Below are positions 1 through 10,052 of a stretch of DNA of 64,000 nucleotides, piece by piece. This DNA comes from an uncultured Nitrospiraceae bacterium. GTDB lineage: Bacteria; Nitrospirota; Thermodesulfovibrionia; Thermodesulfovibrionales; Dissulfurispiraceae. A program made the position numbers and the translations under genes. The DNA lies in assembly GCA_963727805.1 (NCBI GenBank), contig CAVSHF010000003.1, forward strand, positions 1,120,001-1,184,000. The letters run 5' to 3'. Position 1 is the first letter of the stretch; each line of letters opens with the position of its first letter. The notes under the pieces were generated by a model. That model was not told where the DNA came from, ran no database searches, and saw nothing but the letters and a program-made list of their open reading frames with translations.

Positions 1-286
1 CTTCCATTTTCAGAGGAATGACCACACCCCTCGCTTCCATCGGAAGATTATTCTCCATCCAAGCAATCATTTCCTCAGAAATATCGCATGCGTATACCTT
101 TCCTGCTTTCAGTTTCTTACTAAAAGGGAGAGCAAAAAAGCCTGTACCTGCACCGATGTCGATTAAGATTTGGGGATTCGTGAGATCGGCTTTTGACCAT
201 ATCAATTCTGGACTCAGAATTTCCAGCCTTTTGGGCTCGTTGAGTTTGGCGAGTTTAGCCGGATCGAATTTCCTTGATTCACTCAT
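1..286 (-). CDS. Class I SAM-dependent methyltransferase (partial, runs off window start)
   Basis: Not in the ORF track; translated by hand from ATG at 286 (RBS GGAGG at 296-300): MSESRKFDPAKLAKLNEPKRLE...LIDIGAGTGFF...VYACDISEEM, with the SAM-binding DxGxGxG motif. Confidence 0.85.
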   Translation of the reverse strand, partial: MSESRKFDPAKLAKLNEPKRLEILSPELIWSKADLTNPQILIDIGAGTGFFALPFSKKLKAGKVYACDISEEMIAWMENNLPMEARGVVIPLKME

Positions 287-888
287 TATTTCATACCTCC
301 ACTCAGTCTTCACAACAATTATATCAATTCAGGCGGATTTACGGGCGAAGGGATTTGATCCGGTAATCATTGGTCATATTATTTTGGCCGAACTGATGAA
401 GCCGAGGTGTTAGCGAGAGCTGGCTTGTACGATGTGCTATTATACTCCGCATAAAGAAAGATCCGGACACTATTTTTACAGTTCTTCCTTACTCGATCTT
501 GTCAGTTTTCTGTCACAAGTGAAAGATTCTTTCCGAAACAAATGGCAATGAAAAGTCCGCTCGACAACGACTTCAAAGTAACAAACACTTTGCGTGATCT
601 ACTTTTTTTTGCATATACGAGCATGTTCTCACAGAAGCTTACGCCCGAGATAGAAATTAATATTATGCAGCGTATAGTCAGAAATGTGTAAATGGCGCAT
701 CCATGGTCCACCTGCAAATAAACACCACTACACTAGCTTTAATTGTACGGATTGCCAAAATAATCTAATAGAATTCTTCCCTCTCTTACTTCCTGCAATA
801 CACCCTTTTAATTAAATTGAAAATAGTGTAAGTTATTATTATTGGAACTTAACAGTGTGACAGTTTATGTGACTAACATTACAAATCG

Positions 889-956
889 GGTATTAGTTGG
901 CCGACAAATGTGAGATTTCCGGTATTAGCAAGAAACTATATAATAGCTTGTTAGGC
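889..956 (+). other. attI-like integron recombination site
   Basis: GTTAGGC core (950-956) preceded by AT-rich AAACTATATAATAGCTT and two GGTATTAG direct repeats (889-896, 921-928); the core is complementary to GCCTAAC after the downstream gene. Confidence 0.4.
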
Positions 957-980
957 AAACAGGGACGGGAGCATGCGCAC

Positions 981-1523
981 ATGGACAAAATGCCGCTCAG
1001 TAAAGCGTTCACGCTGATAGAATCTGGTCCAGTTGTTCTTGTTACGACAAGTGATGGAAAGAAAGACAATATAATGACGATCTCGTGGACCATGGTGATG
1101 GACTTTACGCCAATCTTTGCAATAACCACTGGGCCCTGGAACTACTCATATACTGCACTTCGGAAATCGAAGGAATGTGTAATTTCAATTCCCACTGTTG
1201 ACCTGCTTGATAAGGTCATTGGTGTGGGAACATGTTCCGGCGCCGACACGGACAAATTTGAAAAGTTTGGGCTAACTCCTGTGAAGGGAAAGTATGTTAG
1301 GTCGCCCTTGATTAAGGAATGCCTGGCGAATATCGAATGTAAAGTGAGAGATATCGTCCAAAAGCATAATATCGTTGTCCTCGAAGGTGTCGCTGCGTAC
1401 TTTGACAGTTCACGAAAAGAGACGCGAACCGTTCACGCAATTGGCGATGGAACTTTTATAGTAGATGGGCGTAGGTTAAACCGAAAGAAAGTGATGTCGA
1501 CAAAGATTCCACCTGGACTCTAG
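981..1523 (+). CDS. Flavin reductase-like FMN-binding protein (gene-cassette ORF)
   Basis: GPVVLVTT...NIMTISW...ECVISIP...PLIKECLANIECKV motifs; ATG at 981 preferred over the track's TTG start at 897. Confidence 0.9.
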   Translation: MDKMPLSKAFTLIESGPVVLVTTSDGKKDNIMTISWTMVMDFTPIFAITTGPWNYSYTALRKSKECVISIPTVDLLDKVIGVGTCSGADTDKFEKFGLTPVKGKYVRSPLIKECLANIECKVRDIVQKHNIVVLEGVAAYFDSSRKETRTVHAIGDGTFIVDGRRLNRKKVMSTKIPPGL

Positions 1524-1594
1524 TTCCTTACTGAATTGGGGAATGCTGTTGCTCCTTCCCTTAATCATCCATACGTAATGGCATCCAGCGGCTT

Positions 1595-1655
1595 GCCTAA
1601 CAATTCGCTGCAGGAGATAGACCTGACAGCCGGGGCCTGAGCTGAAATGTTAACA
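1595..1655 (+). other. attC-like integron cassette recombination site
   Basis: GCCTAAC-AATTCGCTGCAGG...CCTGAGCTGAAAT-GTTAAC: R''/R' boxes, imperfect inverted arms with an extra unpaired G, ~60 bp. Confidence 0.65.
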
Positions 1656-2141
1656 ATTATTTTTGTAAATCCTCAACAGTTGCAATCTCTCGAAAGTGTG
1701 GCGTGGTAGGTGCATGTGGTATAGCCATCCTGCGTATTTCCGGAAGAAACATTGCTTATTGTTCAGCACCCCAATTGTGTTGAGTTCCAGAAACAGCACG
1801 CCAGCAAATATTGGCAGATATTCTCTGAAATCCTCATAACAGGGAATGTCCCGGCGGTGCGTATAATCAGGTAACCCAGTCAGTTGCTACCACGCTGCTG
1901 CCTCAAAGATTACGACACGAATTGAGATCGTCAAATTTCTGGCAATGAGAAAGGGTTCAGCCGGCAACCATCAAACTGCAAGAAATTTCCAAATCAAGGT
2001 TCGGAGGTGTACCTATTTGAGTGACAGATCCTCACATTAATTGTGATGGAACCCGATACTCTAGAGACCTCTATCTACAGTTGAGGTGCACCCTTCTCTG
2101 GTATACAAAGGCATTTCTTGTAATTCTGATGAGGCTTCTTC

Positions 2142-2750
2142 TCAACAATTCGGACGCTCTGTGCATGGCTTATCTCCAGGTCCCGGCAATTCCGCTTTCT
2201 TCCCACCTGCTGATTCTCCTTCAATAAGAGATTCGACGTCAGGATACGGGTATATGGTAACGGCTCCGTTTTCAGGTAAACATCCCGAATCGATCGATGG
2301 CCCGTATACACTATAGACTTTTCTCCCTAACAACCTAAGCAAAACTCCCTGCTCTGCCCGATGATGCGCAGTGTGTGCTATCCTTCTCAGCATAATCCAA
2401 GCCCTCGTTCTTATAACATCAAAAAAAGACACTTCAGTCTCCCACCATGCCTTATCTTTCTTTTTAAGAGCGGCGAGCCTCTTTCCACTATCTTCAGCAT
2501 ACCTTTTCATAAACTCAATGCGTATTTCCTGATTAGGCAAGGGAGGCGCTCCAACATCAATACCGAACATATTGCAAAACCACTTGTTTTCACTCAAACA
2601 CTGATGCACCATATGTTCTAGGGCATTTCTGTCTCTTTCATCCAATGGATGAGGGCGAATTGAAAGATCATCATCCATAAAGGTGCTCCAAACACTGAGG
2701 GTTTTTAGTCGTTCTGTCTCATAAGTGTCTATAAGAAAATCATATTCCAT
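2142..2750 (-). CDS. DinB/YfiT-like family protein
   Basis: Metal-binding His pattern EHMVHQC...RRIAHTAHHRAE; RBS AGGAGG. Confidence 0.8.
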   Translation of the reverse strand: MEYDFLIDTYETERLKTLSVWSTFMDDDLSIRPHPLDERDRNALEHMVHQCLSENKWFCNMFGIDVGAPPLPNQEIRIEFMKRYAEDSGKRLAALKKKDKAWWETEVSFFDVIRTRAWIMLRRIAHTAHHRAEQGVLLRLLGRKVYSVYGPSIDSGCLPENGAVTIYPYPDVESLIEGESAGGKKAELPGPGDKPCTERPNC

Positions 2751-3037
2751 TTCTCCTCCTTCTCTTAACTTGAGTTAATGTTCACAAAGTATAATCCTTT
2801 ACATGTTATTCATCAACTAAGGTGAAACAATGATCTTGTTACGCAAGAGACATCTGACGAAGTGGACATAATAGATTTTATTCGTCACATTCACTACACT
2901 GGCGACATTGGAGGTTATCAGTCAGAATTTTTTGGTAGGAACTCTTTATTCAACAATCATTTGTTATCCGCCGCTTTGTATATCTTCAGATAGCGAAAGA
3001 CGAGAAAAAGGACGCGAGGATCCCGGCTTCTTGTTCA

Positions 3038-3081
3038 CCCCGTATCAGCTGCTTAGCCAAAGGACGTCAGCTGATACGGGG
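3038..3081. terminator. 14-bp inverted repeat, probable terminator
   Basis: CCCCGTATCAGCTG...CAGCTGATACGGGG, ~40 bp downstream of the YVTN gene stop. Confidence 0.5.
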
Positions 3082-3122
3082 GATGCACAACGGGCACGAC
3101 CCGGCCGGAACTCAGTTGTATT

Positions 3123-4574
3123 TCAGCGCTGAACCTGAACTGGTAACCCGGGTTTATCTTCGTTCAAGGGCACAATTACCAGGAAACGGCGCTGACTATC
3201 CTCACTGCTCTGTACCGCCCTGCGAAGCGGTCCAACTGTAACCACGATCGCTGCTCCAGCTGGATTGGTCATAAACTTCGCCACCGGCTCAAGAGAGCCC
3301 GATCCATCGGCATTGCTGCCAAGCGCCAGCAAAAAGGGCTTCTTCGCTTCAAGGCCAGTGACCGCCGCCTCCAGCAGGTCAATCAGTCCTTGGTTGTTTA
3401 TTGCTACGGTGGTCTGCGGTTTTCCCGATTCGACCGAGATCAACGTCAGATGAACTGCATCACCGGACGTGCCGATGGGCGAGAGGTTTTCACTGCCATT
3501 ACCGACGGGAACGGCGTTGGGGATATAGACCATCCCTTGCGGTGATTGGCCAGTTTTAATTGTAGCAACAACCTTGTTGCTCCGCGTATCGATCGCCGTG
3601 ACTGAGTTGGCGTTCTCAAGGCCAACGAAGATCCGTGATCCTTCACCCGAGGGCCAGAGCCCGTGGGGTAGTTCGCCGGTCCGAATCGTGGCGACCAGTT
3701 CCGGACGATCGGAGGTAGTGAAGACCTTGATTTCATTGAGTCCGCCAACCGTGATATAGGCGAATTGACCGTTGGCGTTGCGAGCGAAATTAACGTGGTT
3801 GGTGATAGGACCCGTATCCAAAACGGCGATGTTGGTAAAGGGCGGCTTTGCATTGAACACCTGAGTCTTTCCTATGTCCTTGAGAGTAAACCACACCTGT
3901 TTACCGTCCGGTGTAGCAGCGATGTCCGGACAGAAAGGCGAGGCCTGCTTCACCCGGCCAACTATCTGATAAGTCTTGGTATCGATCACCACCGTTTCGG
4001 GCGTAAAGCTCGAACAGATGTAACCATATGCCCCGTCAGGAGAGAAGATCGTCATACCCGGACCATTGGGAACCTGGATACGCCGAGTGGGTTGATAGGT
4101 TTTACCGTCGAGCACCTGTACGAAGTCCTCTCCTCTAACTGTAACCCAGACTTCCTTACTATCGGGCGTAAAAAAGGCCTCATGCGGGGCTCTGCCGACA
4201 TAGGCGATGTGTTTGACGCTATTGGTCTGCGTATCGATGAACGCCACAGAGTTGGATCCAACAGAGACCACTACAAGCGTGCGATGATCCGGCGAAAACC
4301 CCATACCATGGACTAGGAGCTGGCCTCTGTATAAAGGGCTCAGATTACCTGGGGTCTGGTCACCGAGGCGGATTACTCCTATAAGTTTTTCTGCAGCCGG
4401 ATCGACAACCGAAACCGTATTCGATGTCTGGTCCGAGAGATAAACGCGGTCATGTGAAGAGATCGGGACATCGGGCATACTGGCCAAGCCGGGGGCCTGG
4501 CCGGCGTTTGCCGATGTGACCAGCAGCAAAATAAGCATAAGTGTGACTGCCTTTTGTTGAACAATAAGAGACAT
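3123..4574 (-). CDS. Secreted YVTN/YncE-family beta-propeller protein
   Basis: Signal peptide; repeated SN(T/S)V(S/A)xID...GxxPH(G/E) blades; ATG 4574 with GGAGG. Confidence 0.85.
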   Translation of the reverse strand: MSLIVQQKAVTLMLILLLVTSANAGQAPGLASMPDVPISSHDRVYLSDQTSNTVSVVDPAAEKLIGVIRLGDQTPGNLSPLYRGQLLVHGMGFSPDHRTLVVVSVGSNSVAFIDTQTNSVKHIAYVGRAPHEAFFTPDSKEVWVTVRGEDFVQVLDGKTYQPTRRIQVPNGPGMTIFSPDGAYGYICSSFTPETVVIDTKTYQIVGRVKQASPFCPDIAATPDGKQVWFTLKDIGKTQVFNAKPPFTNIAVLDTGPITNHVNFARNANGQFAYITVGGLNEIKVFTTSDRPELVATIRTGELPHGLWPSGEGSRIFVGLENANSVTAIDTRSNKVVATIKTGQSPQGMVYIPNAVPVGNGSENLSPIGTSGDAVHLTLISVESGKPQTTVAINNQGLIDLLEAAVTGLEAKKPFLLALGSNADGSGSLEPVAKFMTNPAGAAIVVTVGPLRRAVQSSEDSQRRFLVIVPLNEDKPGLPVQVQR

Positions 4575-4628
4575 GATATACCTCCTTGGATAGGGCATTA
4601 CAGAATAGCTACTCTACCGGCTTTTCAC

Positions 4629-5006
4629 TTATTTCAAACGCGCGTTCATAACGATAATTTCCTGCTGCTGGGTCACGATTATTTCCTGGGCAAGTCGCCG
4701 CAGGACTGGATCCTTGCCATAAATTAACTCTATTTTTGCCATATCAACAGCCCCTTGGTGGTGAGGAATCATCATGGCAGCGAAGTCGTGATCGGGATCT
4801 CCAGTCATGGGGGCGTTTTTCATTCCCAGATCCATTATTGTCATCGCTTCATTCATAAGCTCGTGGAAGGATTTCTCGGTACTGGCGGAAAAAGAATGTG
4901 ATGAAGTACTTCCTATAATTGCACCGATTATCACCAATATTGTTGCGAGCAGCAATGCACAAAGCTTTGGTCGCACCTCATTTGTATGTTTTTCCTTCTT
5001 GAACAC
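4629..5006 (-). CDS. DUF305 (CopM-like) domain protein
   Basis: DHDFAAMMIPHHQGAVDMA...LAQEIIVTQQQEI signature; N-terminal TM/signal segment. Confidence 0.85.
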   Translation of the reverse strand: MFKKEKHTNEVRPKLCALLLATILVIIGAIIGSTSSHSFSASTEKSFHELMNEAMTIMDLGMKNAPMTGDPDHDFAAMMIPHHQGAVDMAKIELIYGKDPVLRRLAQEIIVTQQQEIIVMNARLK

Positions 5007-5151
5007 GATTCACCTCCTGTAGTGAGCCTGACATATGATATGCCCGGCAGGCCCATATTAGCTAAGTTACCCTCTGCAAATTAGTGCGGGAATTTAATCA
5101 CAATCTGCAATACTGGTTTCAATGGACTTATGACAAACCTAGTCCGATTTC

Positions 5152-5973
5152 CTACGCCTTAAAGAACGACAGCAGATCCGCATTAACCTGATCCTTATGA
5201 GTCGTGCACAGGCCATGCGGCGCGCCTTTGTATACTTTGAACGTCGCGTTCTTGACGATCTTTGATGAGAGCATAGCAGAGTCAGCAATAGGCACTATCT
5301 GATCGTCGTCACCATGCAAGATCAAGGTCGGCACATCGAATTTTTTAAGATCTTCAGTGAGGTCAGTTTCGGAGAATGCATTGATGCAAAAGTACGCAGC
5401 AGGCATGCCAGCCATCATTCCCTGGAGCCAGAATGAATCGCGCACGCCTTCGGAGATCTTTGCACCCGGTCTGTTGTAGCCATAGAACGGCATAGTAAGA
5501 TCCTTGAAGAACTGTGATCGGTCTGCAAGGACATTGGCGCGGATACCGTCAAAGACATCCATTGGCAAGCCGCCAGGGTTTGCTGATGTTTTTAGCATCA
5601 GCGGTGGCACTGCGCCAATCAATACAGCTTTAGCTACACGTTTCGTACCGTGGCGTCCTATATAGCGGGCGACTTCGCCTCCGCCAGTAGAGTGACCCAC
5701 GTGAATCGCACTCTTCAGGCCGAGCGCTTCCACGAGCGCCGCAAGGTCATCAGCGTACGTGGCCATGTCGTTTCCGGTCCAAGGCTGACTAGAGCGCCCA
5801 TGGCCGCGACGATCATGCGCGATGCAGCGGTAACCGTGTGAGGCCAGATAGAACATCTGGTCCTCAAAGGCATCCGCGTTCAGAGGCCAACCATGGCTGA
5901 ACACTACAGGTGGTCCGATACCCCAGTCCTTATAATAGATATCGGTGCCGTCTTTGGTAGTAATTGTGCTCAT
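5152..5973 (-). CDS. cpo: Non-heme chloroperoxidase / alpha-beta hydrolase
   Basis: IYYKDWG, FSHGWPL, GHSTGGG nucleophile elbow, [16 protein letters not shown] 5973 with AGGAGG. Confidence 0.88.
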   Translation of the reverse strand: MSTITTKDGTDIYYKDWGIGPPVVFSHGWPLNADAFEDQMFYLASHGYRCIAHDRRGHGRSSQPWTGNDMATYADDLAALVEALGLKSAIHVGHSTGGGEVARYIGRHGTKRVAKAVLIGAVPPLMLKTSANPGGLPMDVFDGIRANVLADRSQFFKDLTMPFYGYNRPGAKISEGVRDSFWLQGMMAGMPAAYFCINAFSETDLTEDLKKFDVPTLILHGDDDQIVPIADSAMLSSKIVKNATFKVYKGAPHGLCTTHKDQVNADLLSFFKA

Positions 5974-6259
5974 TGTATGCCTCCTTTGAACCAGCTGGAT
6001 AGTATAAAGCATCTTTCACAATTTGTTGTTGGGACCTTTGCCTCCGCTTTGCATCTAAGTCACTTCTTTACATTGAGGAAAGAAATTAAAGTGCGCACAT
6101 ATTAATAATAGAAATCAGCCGAAGCGATTCATATAGGAGGATTCCCTTTTTTTATATAAGTGTTGGACTGATTTTTATGTAGGACATCTCCTACGGCAAA
6201 GAAAAGACATGAAATATTCTGGACAGGTCAGCTTATTTTTTTGTCCAGGAGGTAACAGA

Positions 6260-8094
6260 GTCGAGTGGCGCGAGGGAATCTCACCCTCACGCTCTCCCAG
6301 ATCCGGACGTGACAGTCTCCCGTCATCCGGCTCCTATCATCCAGCCTAAGGTTGAAACCCAGCAATCCAATGGGCGAACAGAGAAGGCTGTCGACAGGCT
6401 ATCTGTCTCAACCATATTGTCGCCCTCCGGTTATTGGATTTAAACCATTTGTATTTCCTTTGCATGCATCGGACTAGAATACTATTGAAAGTTTTGAAGA
6501 TCGGGTACAGTGCAGATTTGTAGTACTGACCATAGTAGTTGATCCAACCCCGAAGGACTGGATTACAGAAACGTGAAAGCTCTTCAAGGCTCTTGTCACT
6601 GCGCCGGTGAATGAACCAACTCCTCATGACTCCACGAATTGCACTGGACGCCTTATTACTCACAGCTGGGCTGAAGTTCACAAAGTAATTTCCAGACCGA
6701 CTCTTTGATCTCCGGGGTCGAAAAGTGTACCCGAGAAAATCAAAGCTCTCATTCAGGTAACTCTCTTGTCTCAATCCATCCTTACAATAGACAATCTTTG
6801 TCTTTTCAGGATGAAGCTCCAGCTTGCACTGCGTAAGCCGCCGTCCAATCTCCGTTCTGAGCCATTTGGCTTGCTTCTCACTTTTACAGTGCACAATAGC
6901 GTCGTCGGCGTAACACTCGAAAGGAATGGTTGGAAAGTTTCGTTTCATCCACTCATCAAACGCATAGTGGAGGAAAAGATTAGCGAGCAGTGGACTTGCG
7001 ACACCCCCTTGGGGAGTGCCCTTGTCACGGCTCACTCGCGTTCCGTCTTTCAATTGGGCAGGGGCCTTAAGCCATCGCTCAATGTATAACAGAATCCACT
7101 TGCATTCAGTATGCTTTCTAACAGCACGCATAACGAGGTCGTGATCCAGATTATCAAAGAACCCTTTGATGTCTAAGTCCACAACCCAGTCATAACGCCA
7201 GCATCTCTGACGTGCTACCCCTACCGCTTCAATCGCTGACTTTCCCGGCCTGTATCCATAGGAATCCTGATGAAAATGAGGCTCCACTTCAGGCTCCAGA
7301 TACATCTTAACCACCATCTGCGCAATCCGATCTCCTACCGTAGGAATACCCAGAGGCCTTATACCTCCGTTATCCTTCGGTATTTCCACGGTGCGCACCG
7401 GTGGCGGAAAGTAGCTCCCCGACGACATCCGATTCCAGAGCTTGTAGAGATTATCCTTAAGATTCCTCTCAAACTCCTCGATCGATTCCCCATCCACGCC
7501 AGCAGCACCACCATTTGCCCTTACCCGTCTAAAGGCTTCCAATACTACTTGCTTAGAAATACTAAACGGCTTTGCCTTACTCAATAGCTCCTCCCAACAA
7601 ATGGTTGACTATTCAATAAAGCTGGACGATGTAGCCCCTTTGCTCCGGTCCCATTACGAACCTTCATCGCTACTGCTGGCTACTCCGCCTCTGTGCTCCG
7701 CATCGGTACTCTCATTCTCATGGGGCCACCACTTGAACTTCTCCCTTAGCATCGGAGCGACAGTTTCCCACGTTCCACACAAGAGCCTGGATCAGCTTCA
7801 TGCCGCCTTTATGCCGGACGCCGTTCAGGCAGTAAACAGGTATCTCCTGAACTAATCCTGATGTAAAATAAGATACATCAGTTTTGACGTCGTCCTTTAC
7901 CTTTCGACACCTCATCAGCGGTTCGCTTGTGCTCATCTCTCTGATCCTTACCTGACACGATCTTGTCGTGCCTTTTCCTTAACGCTCACCACACTGGCTC
8001 TTTAGCAGTGCAGCTTAAGGTGGTTTGAAGCCTGCTCCTGTAAACCGGCTTCGAGGGGCCAGCCCTCATCTTCTTGTGCAGCCTCGTGGCGCAC
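6260..8094 (-). mobile_element. Group II intron, RmInt1-like (IIB / bacterial class D), full length
   Basis: 5' GTGCG at 8094; domain V/VI GAGCCGGATGACGGGAGACTGTCACGTCCGGATC...CGCCACTCGAC ending AC at 6260; internal RT ORF; EBS1/IBS1 complementarity. Confidence 0.92.
6346..7584 (-). CDS. ltrA: Group II intron reverse transcriptase/maturase (no endonuclease domain)
   Basis: GAAGVDG, RPLGIPTVGDR, DLDIKGFFD, GTPQGG, YADD, LRGWINYY; N-terminus resembles the RmInt1 protein. Confidence 0.95.
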   Translation of the reverse strand: MSKAKPFSISKQVVLEAFRRVRANGGAAGVDGESIEEFERNLKDNLYKLWNRMSSGSYFPPPVRTVEIPKDNGGIRPLGIPTVGDRIAQMVVKMYLEPEVEPHFHQDSYGYRPGKSAIEAVGVARQRCWRYDWVVDLDIKGFFDNLDHDLVMRAVRKHTECKWILLYIERWLKAPAQLKDGTRVSRDKGTPQGGVASPLLANLFLHYAFDEWMKRNFPTIPFECYADDAIVHCKSEKQAKWLRTEIGRRLTQCKLELHPEKTKIVYCKDGLRQESYLNESFDFLGYTFRPRRSKSRSGNYFVNFSPAVSNKASSAIRGVMRSWFIHRRSDKSLEELSRFCNPVLRGWINYYGQYYKSALYPIFKTFNSILVRCMQRKYKWFKSNNRRATIWLRQIACRQPSLFAHWIAGFQP

Positions 8095-8216
8095 TTATTT
8101 CAGTAATCATTGATTTTGCGCGACAGCTGGCGCTAGAGATTATCAGTAGGAACTTTTTGGGGCAGATCATAGTGGAATGCCGTTTTGCCTAAACGTGAGT
8201 CAACTGGCCATGCAGA

Positions 8217-9248
8217 TCAACAGTAGATGCTAGCGATCTCTCCTATTATTCTTCTGAGCACATTTTTTGTTTTATCGTATGTTCTCAACTTTTTCCCGCT
8301 ATATTCATCCATGTAGAGCTTTCGGTTAACTTCCACCATTACAGACGATACCCTCTTGTCCTTTTCAAAGTGTCTGAGTGGAACGTAAGTTCCTGAGTAC
8401 GGTTTGTTAAGTTTGACGGAGAATCCTGCAGATTTACAGCATTCCTCTGCTTTCTTAACCAGTGAGGGCGGCGTATGGAAGGAATCAGTTCCGATGCATA
8501 TGTCAGGTCTGTTCGGGTCTTGATCTAATTCAAAAGGCAATGGGACAGATGAAAACGAGTGACAGTCAACAATCAGGCATCTTTCATATGTTTCCAGTAA
8601 TTTCTCCACTTCATCCCCCATTGACTGATGATAAGGAAAGTAATATTTATCAAGGAGTTCCTTTCTCTGTACGCTACCCATTTCCTCTCTCAAAGATTGC
8701 CCGTCGGATGTTTTCACATAGATTACGCCCATCCCCTTCTTGGACATAGGCTCGTCTCTATCATCAGGGAACCGTTCCGGATCAACAACCATTCGGCTTT
8801 GTCTGCAAACAAAAGCAATACCTCCCAACACATCTGCGTTAAGGAAAAGATCATCAGTGTACCTGTCGGTTAATAGAAGCAACTCCTTTTGGATCGCTTC
8901 ATTGCTTATCAATAATGATTTTCTGATTTCATCCGGAATCGCCGTTGAGCTATGGGGTACGTGGATAAGGAGAGGGATTTTGACACTCCTCTTTAGAATT
9001 TCAAAATTACCTTTTTTTAGTACCCTATTCAGCTGTTCGATCCTCTTTGTTTGATCATACCGCTCATCGCCAGTTTCTTCTCCCATCATCCAGAGGTGGA
9101 GTTTCGTATATTTTTCGTAGTCCTCTTCCGTCCATGTCTGCATTGAGTTCAGATACCATTCCGCCCGCTTGCGGTCCATGCCGTACGACATGAGTCTCTG
9201 GAGATAGGATTCATCTTCTTCCGTATACTTCCGTTCTTCGTTTTTCAT
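8217..9248 (-). CDS. N-formylglutamate amidohydrolase family protein with N-terminal extension
   Basis: IHVPHSS, TDRYTD, SRMVVDPERF, PYH, DCHSF, RPDICIGTD, N.PYSG, MVEVNR.LYMDE. Confidence 0.85.
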   Translation of the reverse strand: MKNEERKYTEEDESYLQRLMSYGMDRKRAEWYLNSMQTWTEEDYEKYTKLHLWMMGEETGDERYDQTKRIEQLNRVLKKGNFEILKRSVKIPLLIHVPHSSTAIPDEIRKSLLISNEAIQKELLLLTDRYTDDLFLNADVLGGIAFVCRQSRMVVDPERFPDDRDEPMSKKGMGVIYVKTSDGQSLREEMGSVQRKELLDKYYFPYHQSMGDEVEKLLETYERCLIVDCHSFSSVPLPFELDQDPNRPDICIGTDSFHTPPSLVKKAEECCKSAGFSVKLNKPYSGTYVPLRHFEKDKRVSSVMVEVNRKLYMDEYSGKKLRTYDKTKNVLRRIIGEIASIYC

Positions 9249-9426
9249 AGCGGTTTATCTTCCGTAATATCCTTTCCCAAATTGTCTGTTCATAAGAAGA
9301 ACCTTTCCCTTTTCCTCTTTATTACGCAGCCCATCTCCTTTACCCCTTGGGATACCGCATTGATATGCCTTTAGCTCTAATTTCACTATCTCAGCCCCTT
9401 TCTTTCTCACGCATACCCCTCAAGTT

Positions 9427-9876
9427 TTATTTCCATTTACCAACTTGCTTAAGTGTAATTCTTCTCCTTTTCCCATCACCGTCGAACACAAATCCATCTG
9501 CTAAGCCATCGCCCTCAAGGCTGTGCAGTATCATTTTGCCATCGAACTCAGAAAACTGCTTCAGCCATTCTGCTATTTCATCAAAGTTATACCATTTCGC
9601 GTCTTTCGCCGGAACAAATCCCTCACACTCCATATAGAAATCAGTGCCATCATCACTGGCCTTAAACTCCAAAAAGCCAGCTTGATTAATATCTATGCTA
9701 TCCAGAAAAAAGCGCATATCTTCATTAAAAAGAGTTTTATGATTTTTTAAAATACGCTTTAATTCAGAACGACGGCCTTTTCTTACTTTTATGCCATATA
9801 AATACATGCGTGTCCAGTAGCCCAATGTGCCCTCCTTTCGTTTGTCAATCTGTCCGTATCGTTTGTTGAGTTTCAC
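9427..9876 (-). CDS. Hypothetical protein
   Basis: 149-aa ORF in the same orientation as its neighbour; no recognised motif. Confidence 0.5.
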   Translation of the reverse strand: MKLNKRYGQIDKRKEGTLGYWTRMYLYGIKVRKGRRSELKRILKNHKTLFNEDMRFFLDSIDINQAGFLEFKASDDGTDFYMECEGFVPAKDAKWYNFDEIAEWLKQFSEFDGKMILHSLEGDGLADGFVFDGDGKRRRITLKQVGKWK

Positions 9877-10052
9877 CGCCTTCCGCGGTTCTCATGAAGG
9901 CACCATTGTTGATTCCACACATGCGAAATTAAGTCGACACATTCCATTTAAACATTGAATATCGATACAATCTGATTGTATGATGCTATAATTGCTTTTA
10001 TAATATCCAGGCAACGATCTCATAGTCACTTTTACACACTATTTGGAGGAGA

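Noticed and set aside
18..413. 131-aa plus-strand ORF
   Set aside because: Antisense shadow of the minus-strand methyltransferase (286 to <1)
1660..2000. Possible second cassette or eroded minus-strand reading frame after attC
   Set aside because: No start codon or RBS, no recognisable family and no second attC found
7601..7936. Short ORFs upstream of the RT gene
   Set aside because: They lie within group II intron RNA domains I-III
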